Assembly (NCBI RefSeq): GCF_009936135.1
Contig: NZ_CP047901.1
Span: 475,643 to 539,642, forward strand
Direction: 5' to 3'
Source of the DNA: Candidatus Chazhemtobacterium aquaticus
Lineage (GTDB): Bacteria; Patescibacteriota; Microgenomatia; UBA1400; Chazhemtobacteraceae
Length of the DNA: 64,000 nucleotides
The notes beneath the pieces were generated by a model. That model saw only the letters and a program-made list of their open reading frames with translations. It was not told the DNA's origin and ran no database searches. This document shows, in pieces, positions 1-7,509 of this stretch. How positions within the stretch are numbered: position 1 is the stretch's first letter; the number at the start of each line of letters is the position of its first letter. A program made the translations under genes and the position numbers.

Positions 1-2
1 GC

Positions 3-1142
3 GGCCATCCTCTTTTTGCCGCTTACTTAACTGGTCTGGTTCATCTGCTTACCACTCTTGCTCTTTTTCTATTTCTCAAAAAGCATACCAAGCATGATCT
101 TATTGCTCTTGCCTCAAGCTTACTTTATGCTTCCACTCTTCATCGCACGGCTTGGAATGTTATGTTCATTCCCCTCCTCTTTATTCTTTTTCTTAATCTA
201 CTCCTTCGTTCCCGCCAGACCCCCAAGAGCTTCTCTTTGCTTTTGTTTTTGGTCAGCCTAGGTATTCACTTTCACTTTCAGTTTGTTTTACTCGCTCCTT
301 TCTTAGGCATATACTTGTTGCTTAATCGTTCCAAACTTCCCTCGCTTAGGTCCAAAAACCTTGCCCTTTATTTTATTGCCCTTCTCATTCCTCTCTTGCC
401 CCTAATCGCCTTTGATCTACGTCATGATTTCATTAACTCCCGCTCTTTCTTAAACTTCTTTGGTTCTGCTCTGACCACCTCTTCAAATTTGCCTTACTTA
501 CAGTTACTTCGTTTCTCTGCCCGCAACATTATCCGCGAAACCTCTCTCTATACCCCCCTCCCGCTTAATCTCGACTATCTCTTCCTCCCTTTAGCTTACA
601 TTGGTTCCTTAATTGTGGTTTTAAGGAAGAAAAGATCTCTTCTTCCCTTGGCTCTTTTCCCAGTAATCTCTCTCTTTGCTCTTTCTCTTTACTCACCCCC
701 CACCTGGCCCGAGTACTATCACCTCCTTGCCGTTCTCTCCTTCATTGTTCTTGTTTCATATTTGATTGCTTCATCTCCTCATCTCATCAAGTCTCTTTAC
801 TTCGTTTTTGTTCTCATTGCTCTGGTCACCTCTCTTCAATATCTCCACACATATACCAACTCAGACGGTTACGACTCTCGCCAGGCTGTCATTAAGTATA
901 TTCTTGACACCTCCTCACCTCTTCAACCCAATATCCGTTACCACTTCCCTCCCGGTCAGGGCTTAGGTTTTACCCCCATCAGAGACTATCTCTCCACCCA
1001 GTATGACTTAACTGATCAGTACTCAAATACTCAATTCGACGTCTTTTTTACTTCCTCTCCTCCTCCTGCTCTTCCTACTTCCACCGACCAAGTTAGTTTC
1101 GGCGTTTACACCGTTTCGCTTTCCTCGACAGAAGAGAGATAG
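3..1142 (+). CDS. GT-C-fold (ArnT/PMT-like) multi-TM glycosyltransferase, 5'-truncated by the window edge
   Basis: The frame of ORF 162..1142 is open back to position 3 (GHPLFAAY...HRTAWNVMFIP). It has many TM helices, an ArnT-like R..WN motif, 'H.HF' and 'FDLRHDF.N' motifs, and a soluble C-terminal tail. Confidence 0.65.
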   Translation, partial: GHPLFAAYLTGLVHLLTTLALFLFLKKHTKHDLIALASSLLYASTLHRTAWNVMFIPLLFILFLNLLLRSRQTPKSFSLLLFLVSLGIHFHFQFVLLAPFLGIYLLLNRSKLPSLRSKNLALYFIALLIPLLPLIAFDLRHDFINSRSFLNFFGSALTTSSNLPYLQLLRFSARNIIRETSLYTPLPLNLDYLFLPLAYIGSLIVVLRKKRSLLPLALFPVISLFALSLYSPPTWPEYYHLLAVLSFIVLVSYLIASSPHLIKSLYFVFVLIALVTSLQYLHTYTNSDGYDSRQAVIKYILDTSSPLQPNIRYHFPPGQGLGFTPIRDYLSTQYDLTDQYSNTQFDVFFTSSPPPALPTSTDQVSFGVYTVSLSSTEER

Positions 1143-1158
1143 AAAAGACTATAGTTAT

Positions 1159-1827
1159 ATGCCCAATAAACACATCCAAGATATTAATAAAAAGCTACAG
1201 CAAAACAACTGGTCAAGAGATAATCCTCAGTCTTCCAAAGAGATTGTCAAATTTTTGATAACATCATCCAACATCTTTTCAAACATTCCTGGCTACATTA
1301 GTGTTTTAAGGTCAATTTCACAAAGTCTAAATGATACGGCCGCTTTACGTTGGATAAATCATTTTTCATCAATCAGATCTGCCTATTTCTTACAGAGCAA
1401 AAACATTAACGTTTCTGCATTTGAAAAGAAAAGCGGAAATAAAAAAGTCGACTTAGAACTGAACAACAAAACTCTATGCGAAGTAAAGTCCTTTGAACCA
1501 ATCATGAGCAGATCTAACAGTGCTCTTCAAAATGTGGAATACGTCATGAATAATTTTCTAAAAAACAAACTGATGCCAGCATTTAATGATCAAAGGGCTG
1601 ACTTGGTAATAATTGATGATATCTTTTCTGACAATTCAAAAAATTATCAACTTCTTAATTATTTCCTATCATTCATTAATGATCCTGCAACAGAGCGATA
1701 CGGAACAATTAATTCAATTCTTGGTAAATATCTTTCGAGAATTATTGTGGTTAGCTTTACTCAGTCAATAGTTAAAAACCCCACACTACGATTCGTCGGA
1801 GATCAATGGGAAAAACTCTTGAAATAA
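1159..1827 (+). CDS. hypothetical protein, possible PD-(D/E)xK nuclease fold
   Basis: 222-aa soluble Asn/Lys/Ile-rich ORF. 'KVDLELNNKTLCEVKS' fits D-x(n)-E-x-K. The DNA is A-rich, unlike its neighbours. Confidence 0.45.
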   Translation: MPNKHIQDINKKLQQNNWSRDNPQSSKEIVKFLITSSNIFSNIPGYISVLRSISQSLNDTAALRWINHFSSIRSAYFLQSKNINVSAFEKKSGNKKVDLELNNKTLCEVKSFEPIMSRSNSALQNVEYVMNNFLKNKLMPAFNDQRADLVIIDDIFSDNSKNYQLLNYFLSFINDPATERYGTINSILGKYLSRIIVVSFTQSIVKNPTLRFVGDQWEKLLK

Positions 1828-1830
1828 CTA

Positions 1831-2349
1831 CTATCTTGTGACATCCCTCCCTATTCCATCTCGAAATCCATCAAACTTTTTTCTCATGTCTTGTCTGTTT
1901 CGTATTCCGATATCCCAGGAATCCAGTCCTTTGTCAACAATAACCATGCCCGAAGTGTGTCTCAAACCAATGTTTAGGTTGGCTGCATCAACATAGTATC
2001 TTTTCCCCTTTATCTCAATCTCGGCAATCACATGTCCAACAATTGGATCACCACCTTTTTCCAGCCATTCCCGACTTAACATCTCCACATACCAGGCTTT
2101 TATCCCCGCCGCTCTCGCCAATACTAAAAACACCAGTGTAAAATCCGTACAACCTGTTGCCCAGCCATTGCCTACAATCTCTGCCGCCGTTCTGCGCCTA
2201 AATACCTCAGGCTTCCTCTCTGATCGTATGTTGCCCTTAATCCATTCCAAAATTTCCAAAACTGATTCCACGTCATTCCCAAACTTATTTTCCTCCACTA
2301 CTCTTTCTATCTCCCCAGTTATCTTCGTCTGTTCACCGCTTTCCATCAT
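1831..2349 (-). CDS. transglutaminase-like (Cys-His-Asp) domain protein
   Basis: 'GCTDFTLVFLVLARAAGIKA', 'GHVIAEI' and 'YYVDA' match the transglutaminase core triad pattern. Confidence 0.8.
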   Translation of the reverse strand: MMESGEQTKITGEIERVVEENKFGNDVESVLEILEWIKGNIRSERKPEVFRRRTAAEIVGNGWATGCTDFTLVFLVLARAAGIKAWYVEMLSREWLEKGGDPIVGHVIAEIEIKGKRYYVDAANLNIGLRHTSGMVIVDKGLDSWDIGIRNRQDMRKKFDGFRDGIGRDVTR

Positions 2350-4006
2350 TTTTGAATTTAAATGAATTCATTAATAACCAGAATATTATCACAGCACCAC
2401 CGATAACACTCATTATATTAGCCCCCTTTTCAATATTTGTTTGTCTAATGGTTAGTACCACCTCATTTACACCACTGGGTAACTCAATCTCAATATACCC
2501 ACCATCCTCACTTGGCTTGCTCTCAACCACCTCTCCGTTTACCTCTACCTGCCAGAGGGGTAGATAATACTTTGATATCTCAACCTTTCCCTCATTCTCC
2601 ATCTCCACACTCCACCTACCTCTCTCTCCATGTCGTACTTCTTTAGTTTCCAGTTTGGCAATACCCTCACCCCGTATCTGCCAATCAACCTGCCAGTTTT
2701 GTTGAGATGCTGTTTTAGGTAGAGCCTCCCAGGCAATATCAGTTGATCCTGGTTGTAACCTGGCTTCTTGTTCCCACTTACTTAGAGGTTGCATTCCCCC
2801 GGTCAGTGTTCTAGTGATGTTTCGATTGCTCACTCCTGCCAGTAGCAGTAGCAACACCATCATCCACCAGCCGCTTTTCTCCACCAACCAAGCAGCCAAA
2901 AAGCTCACTCCAACCGCACTCACAATCAACCATCGCCAGGGAAATTGAATCTGCGCTAGGATACTAACTTTTTGCCACAACCATTCGGATACTGGTAGCA
3001 TCAGGTACAAGCCAAGCAGTACCACTCCGCCAGATACTAGTGCCATCTTTGTTTTTGTTTTCTCTTTGTTTTGTTCTTTTCTAAAGAATGTCACCAGTAA
3101 AGCTATTACCGACAGTCCGAACACTACCCACTGGGTGATCCCCAGCATGAAGGACATGCCATCATCGTCTCCACTCTCCGAGTATCCATACCCCCATCTG
3201 GAATATATTACTTGTCTTAAGGTCGGCCAGTGTTGTTGATAATCAACTGCATTGTGGTTAGACAACGCTACCCAGTCCATCTCCGCAATTGCCGGCAGCC
3301 AAAACCAGGCTGCCATCACCACCCCCAGCAATCCAAAGATGATTAGTTTAAACCAACCTTTTTTGTACCATCTGGCTAGTGCCAAACCATAAATCGCGAT
3401 TACTGGAGCAAAGATCAAGGCAGTTACATTATGTGCTGGGATCAAGCCAGCTACCCCAAGACTTACCAAACCCAGATACTTTTCTTTTTGTTTAACCATC
3501 ACCTCACTCATTGCCCACAGTACCACCATCGCCATTGCCCAAGCCAAAATAGTTCCAAAAGATCCAATCACTAAAGTAATCAAAAATCGATAGGGGACAA
3601 GTAGTAGCAGTACTGCTCCGGTTAACGCCGCTTTTTTCTCAAAAAAGCATCTCATCCACTTATATCCTGCCCACACCGACAGCCAGCTACACAGCAACAC
3701 CACCACCTTGATTGCATCTTGAGCTGTTAACCCCAGTAACACCAAGCCGGCAGTAAAGTAGTGGAATAAAGGATATGCGTAATTAAATACTGGATAGCCT
3801 CGACCATAAGCCAGCTCATCAGCCATTCGCACCGGAAACTGACCTAAAGAAAGTTCATGAGCCATCGCCTCCACTCTGATTAAGTGAAACAGCCCATCAT
3901 GAGACTCATAAAACCCAGGTTGCAGTAATGCCTTAAACACAATCAACACCAGTAGCAGCAAGCCTACTGCTATTCCCACCTCTATTCGTATATCCTTAGT
4001 CTTCAT
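2333..4006 (-). CDS. GT-C-like membrane protein (PTPS-related/YfhO-like family)
   Basis: N-terminal 'HDGLFHLIR...GQFPVR...YGRGYPVFNYAYPL', 'HN' and 'FWLPA', 'QIQFPWRWL', and a YfhO-like C-terminal beta domain with 'YYLPLWQVEVNG' plus a final TM. Confidence 0.75.
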   Translation of the reverse strand: MKTKDIRIEVGIAVGLLLLVLIVFKALLQPGFYESHDGLFHLIRVEAMAHELSLGQFPVRMADELAYGRGYPVFNYAYPLFHYFTAGLVLLGLTAQDAIKVVVLLCSWLSVWAGYKWMRCFFEKKAALTGAVLLLLVPYRFLITLVIGSFGTILAWAMAMVVLWAMSEVMVKQKEKYLGLVSLGVAGLIPAHNVTALIFAPVIAIYGLALARWYKKGWFKLIIFGLLGVVMAAWFWLPAIAEMDWVALSNHNAVDYQQHWPTLRQVIYSRWGYGYSESGDDDGMSFMLGITQWVVFGLSVIALLVTFFRKEQNKEKTKTKMALVSGGVVLLGLYLMLPVSEWLWQKVSILAQIQFPWRWLIVSAVGVSFLAAWLVEKSGWWMMVLLLLLAGVSNRNITRTLTGGMQPLSKWEQEARLQPGSTDIAWEALPKTASQQNWQVDWQIRGEGIAKLETKEVRHGERGRWSVEMENEGKVEISKYYLPLWQVEVNGEVVESKPSEDGGYIEIELPSGVNEVVLTIRQTNIEKGANIMSVIGGAVIIFWLLMNSFKFKNDGKR

Positions 4007-4049
4007 TTAAGTTAGAATTAACATAGACAACCAACACCAGTCTATCATT

Positions 4050-4943
4050 ATGAAACCAACCATCGACATCATCATCCCTAGCTTCAAAGGCAAGAAGTTA
4101 CTTCAAAGGCACTTACCTGATGTACTCAAACACTCTCCTGATTGCGGCATCATTGTCATCAATGATGGTCCCGATGATGGGACTGTAGAGTACCTAAACA
4201 AGCATTTTCCCAAAATTAAATACCTGCAAAATTCAAAGAATCTAGGTTTCCCCAAAACCATCAATCGGGGAGTAGCTGCCTCTAAAGCTGACTATGTTGT
4301 ATTAATGAACAACGACGTCTCACCTCAAAAAGGATATCTCACCTCTGCTCTTAAGATTTTAGATGATCCCAAAGTCTTTGCCGTTACCTTTAATGAACAG
4401 CAATCCTCCTGGCCAAAAGTTGTCTGGCAGAATGGCAAGATCACTTTTACCAGAGGCCAAGACAAAAACAAGGCCCGCTACTCTGCCTGGGCCAGTGGTG
4501 GCAGCTCCATCATCAAACGCTCTCTCTGGAACAAGCTTGGTGGATTTAATCCTCTTTACTCACCCGGTTACTGGGAAGATATTGATCTAGGTTGGCGGGC
4601 TTGGAAACTGGGTTTCCGCATTGTCTGGGATCCTGACTCCCACGTCATCCATCAGCATGAGTCTACCTTCAAGACTCTGCCTCAAAACAAACTCAATCTC
4701 CTAAAACAAAGAAACGAGCTTTTGTATCACTGGCAGACCATCACCGACTCCAATCTGGTTTTCTCTCACCTTAAGTTCTTACTCACCCACACTCTCGCCC
4801 ATCCGGGTTACATAAAGGTCATATTGGCAGCTCTTCTACTTACTCCTCAGGTAACCAAAAACTATATCAAGCTAAGCAGGCAAGCCAAGGTAACTGATCG
4901 TCATATCCTAAAAACAGTTAACACTCCCTACTCGCGTTCGTAG
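4050..4943 (+). CDS. GT2 family glycosyltransferase
   Basis: 'IIIPSF', 'IVINDG', 'NLGFPKTINRG', 'LMNND' and 'YWEDIDLGWRA'. Confidence 0.9.
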   Translation: MKPTIDIIIPSFKGKKLLQRHLPDVLKHSPDCGIIVINDGPDDGTVEYLNKHFPKIKYLQNSKNLGFPKTINRGVAASKADYVVLMNNDVSPQKGYLTSALKILDDPKVFAVTFNEQQSSWPKVVWQNGKITFTRGQDKNKARYSAWASGGSSIIKRSLWNKLGGFNPLYSPGYWEDIDLGWRAWKLGFRIVWDPDSHVIHQHESTFKTLPQNKLNLLKQRNELLYHWQTITDSNLVFSHLKFLLTHTLAHPGYIKVILAALLLTPQVTKNYIKLSRQAKVTDRHILKTVNTPYSRS

Positions 4944-4980
4944 TTTCCCCCTTGCTTTCTTTGCTATCATCATCTTAAGG

Positions 4981-5649
4981 GTGATCCCTACTTTCATGGT
5001 CATATCCGGCTCTTTAGTCACCGACCAACTCTTACAACTCCGCTTTCCTACAAGCGGTCAGTTAAGTCACCTTAATTTTTCCATCGGTAATCGAGTCAGT
5101 AAGGGCCAGCTACTAGCCAGGCTTAATCAATCAGATCGTCAGACATATCTTGACCGGGCACTTAAGCAATATGAAAAAACCAGAGCTGAGTTTGATGCCA
5201 AAACCAAGACAGATCTAACCGAATACGAACGCACCAAGCTACAATCAGAACTAGACATCTCAGTCAAAAATGTTGAGCTGGCCAAGATCGATCTTGAAGC
5301 CACCAATCTCTACTCTCCCATCACTGGACTTGTTGTCGCCGCCGACTCTGGTGCCGTCGGCATGAATATCACCCCAGCCGCCTTTACCATTACCTTGCTT
5401 GATCCCAACTCCATATATTTTCAAGGGTATATTGACCAAAAAGACCTCTCCTCCATAGAGGTTAGTCAGCCTGCCACCATTGCACTTACTGCTTACCCGG
5501 ATTTGGTTTTAACCGGTCAAGTTACCAGAGTAGGTTTCTTACCCCACAAAAGCAGTTATCCAGTTGCTGTCTCCATTGATGGTGACAAGGACCATCTTCG
5601 TCTTGGTCTAACCGGCAAAGCCACTCTCACCCATGGCCAAGAAAAATAG
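4981..5649 (+). CDS. HlyD/RND-type periplasmic adaptor-like protein lacking an N-terminal anchor
   Basis: Split lipoyl-like motifs 'FPTSGQL...GNRVSKGQLLARL' and 'LYSPITGLV' flank a coiled coil, followed by a beta-barrel ending 'LRLGLTG'. Confidence 0.7.
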   Translation: MIPTFMVISGSLVTDQLLQLRFPTSGQLSHLNFSIGNRVSKGQLLARLNQSDRQTYLDRALKQYEKTRAEFDAKTKTDLTEYERTKLQSELDISVKNVELAKIDLEATNLYSPITGLVVAADSGAVGMNITPAAFTITLLDPNSIYFQGYIDQKDLSSIEVSQPATIALTAYPDLVLTGQVTRVGFLPHKSSYPVAVSIDGDKDHLRLGLTGKATLTHGQEK

Positions 5650-6313
5650 CCCGCCATCTGCCAACTTAAAAAAGCTTGTCATCAGTTCTACTCTTGCTGC
5701 CACCTTGGTTGGTTCTGCCTTCTGGATTGTTAACAACAACAAACCAGTTCAACCCCTTCCTTCATATCAAGTCAAACAAGTTATAGACGGTGATACCTTC
5801 ATTACTACCGACAATCAACACGTCAGACTTCGTGATGCCCAGGCTCCTGATCAGGGCCACTGCGGTTACCAACAAGCCAAAGACGAGCTCTCCCGCCTCA
5901 TCTTAAACAAACCTGTATACCTTATTGTCCGCTATCACGACTCCTATCGCCTCTACGCCGATGTCTTCACCCCTGATGGGGAAGTCAACGAGTTAATGAT
6001 CAAAAGCGGTTGGGCCCGATATGACAGAGGCCTAAAACCCCACCTCGTTGCCGCCCGTCAACACGCCCAGCAGCAGAACTTGGGTATATATGGTTCCTGC
6101 ATTACCACCACGCCAGATGACCCCAACTGTCTTATTAAAGGCAACATCAACACCAAGACCGGTGAAAAGATCTACTATTTTCCCGGCTGTATCTCCTACA
6201 ACCGCACCATTGTTGACAAGGATCTAGGCGAGAGTTGGTTTTGTAGCGAGATTGAGGCTCGGCAATCAGGCTTCAGAAAAGCTCTAACCTGTTTCTCCCG
6301 TTCCTGGCCATAA
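5633..6313 (+). CDS. membrane-anchored staphylococcal-nuclease (SNase) domain protein with an ExoI-like Cys-rich C-terminal domain
   Basis: N-terminal TM, then 'VIDGDTF', 'VNELMIKSGWA', 'AQQQNLGIY' and C-terminal 'CLIKGNI...KIYYFPGC...WFCSEIEARQSGFRKA'. Confidence 0.8.
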   Translation: MAKKNSPPSANLKKLVISSTLAATLVGSAFWIVNNNKPVQPLPSYQVKQVIDGDTFITTDNQHVRLRDAQAPDQGHCGYQQAKDELSRLILNKPVYLIVRYHDSYRLYADVFTPDGEVNELMIKSGWARYDRGLKPHLVAARQHAQQQNLGIYGSCITTTPDDPNCLIKGNINTKTGEKIYYFPGCISYNRTIVDKDLGESWFCSEIEARQSGFRKALTCFSRSWP

Positions 6314-6349
6314 TCTTACTCACTGTTGCACATGAGTTAGAATCTACTC

Positions 6350-7162
6350 ATGGATCTCTCCATCATCATCATCACTTACAACTCAAGACAACACATCACT
6401 CCTTTGCTTAACTCAATTAAAAAATCACCCGATCGTCTCAAGAAAGAAATCATTGTTGTTGACAACGCCTCGCGAGATGACTCTGCTGATCTAGCCTCAA
6501 AACATCCATTAAAACCCAAAGTCATTCGCTCCAAGATCAATCAGGGCTTCTCCAAGGCCGTCAATCAGGCAATCAAAGCTTCATCAGGTCAACATCTCCT
6601 CCTGCTCAACCCTGACACGCGCTTAGTGGGCAACTGTTTAACATATCTTCACGACTTTGCTTCAAAAACCTCGCCCCTAGGCGCTGTCTCTCCACGTCTG
6701 CTTGGTCTTAATGGCCGCCCCCAGCCTTCCGTTTTTCGCTTTCCCACTATTATCAATGCCATCCGTCACTACTTCTTTAATTGCCAAAACTGCTTTGGCA
6801 AATACCTGCCACCCAACAAAACCACCAAAGTAGATGTTGCCGTTATGGCTGCCATGCTCATACCCCGTTCTACTATAGATACCGTTGGTGTTCTTGACGA
6901 GAGATTCTTCCTTTACTATGAAGATATTGAGTTTTGCAGACGACTCAAAAAACACCGTCTGCCGCTCTATTACCTTCCCCAGGCTAAAGTTAAACATGCC
7001 CACGGAGCATCAGGCCACTTCCGCTCTCATCTAGACAGCCCCTTACTTAAATCAGCCCAAATCTACCATGGTCGAGTTTACTCTACCCTGCTTAATCTCA
7101 CTCTCTTGCTTGGTCAGAAATGGCAAAAGTTCATCCGTCACCCCCTTCCTAAACTTGGCTAA
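6350..7162 (+). CDS. GT2 family glycosyltransferase
   Basis: 'LSIIIITYN', 'VVDNAS', 'GFSKAVN', 'LLNPD' and 'FFLYYEDIEFC'. Confidence 0.9.
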   Translation: MDLSIIIITYNSRQHITPLLNSIKKSPDRLKKEIIVVDNASRDDSADLASKHPLKPKVIRSKINQGFSKAVNQAIKASSGQHLLLLNPDTRLVGNCLTYLHDFASKTSPLGAVSPRLLGLNGRPQPSVFRFPTIINAIRHYFFNCQNCFGKYLPPNKTTKVDVAVMAAMLIPRSTIDTVGVLDERFFLYYEDIEFCRRLKKHRLPLYYLPQAKVKHAHGASGHFRSHLDSPLLKSAQIYHGRVYSTLLNLTLLLGQKWQKFIRHPLPKLG

Positions 7163-7174
7163 ATATTTTCCCTC

Positions 7175-7203
7175 TTGACCTTTTTACTTTCGTTATATAA
7201 AGC
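7175..7203 (+). promoter_or_regulatory. putative sigma70 promoter for the small-ORF/structured RNA unit
   Basis: TTGACC at 7175-7180 is followed by AT-rich TTATATAAAG at 7193-7202. Spacing is 15-17 nt depending on the -10 register chosen. Confidence 0.45.
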
Positions 7204-7220
7204 ACGCCTTAATGCACACC

Positions 7221-7421
7221 CGTGCATCAACGTACATTTGTTGTAAGGAGGTGTTCTATGTTCACCGGTCGCGCTCGCATTCGTGGAAGTCCGATCAACG
7301 TTTCCGAGAACCTCACGCTGGCGCCATCGAACATCACCATCCTGGGCCGCGAGGAAGGATAGCCGCGTCGATCTGCCGCATCCTTGCCTCCAAGTAATAC
7401 AACAGCAGTACCCGCATCACG
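7221..7421 (+). ncRNA. candidate structured RNA / structured mRNA (rod-like long-range pairing)
   Basis: Hand-derived helices: 7232-7245/7398-7411, 7247-7253/7385-7391, 7267-7274/7365-7373 and 7280-7286/7347-7353. Several G-U pairs favour the + strand. Confidence 0.4.
7258..7362 (+). CDS. unannotated 34-aa small protein MFTGRARIRGSPINVSENLTLAPSNITILGREEG
   Basis: Perfect SD TAAGGAGGTG (7244-7253) precedes ATG 7258, with TAG at 7360-7362. Codons are mostly C/G-ending. The ORF is below the size cutoff of the supplied track. Confidence 0.6.
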   Translation: MFTGRARIRGSPINVSENLTLAPSNITILGREEG

Positions 7422-7466
7422 CCCCGCCGCCTGGCACACACACCGCCGACGACGGGGCCCCTTTTT
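7421..7466 (+). terminator. putative intrinsic terminator
   Basis: GC stem GCCCCGCCG (7421-7429) pairs with CGACGGGGC (7450-7458) with one mismatch, plus an inner TGGC/GCCG helix. It is followed by CCCTTTTT and a pyrimidine tract. Confidence 0.55.
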
Positions 7467-7509
7467 ATCTTCCTTTCCTCTTTTTTCTCCGACACGCTAC
7501 AATATCCTT

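Noticed and set aside
7200-7470. RNase P RNA or tmRNA (GGAAGTCC at about 7285; GGGGC at the minus-strand start)
   Set aside because: I found no matching P4 partner strand, no T-loop and no CCA acceptor-stem end.
7384-7509. N-terminal extension of ORF 7384..8736 in the ORF track
   Set aside because: It runs through the terminator and pyrimidine tract; GTG 7510 is better supported.
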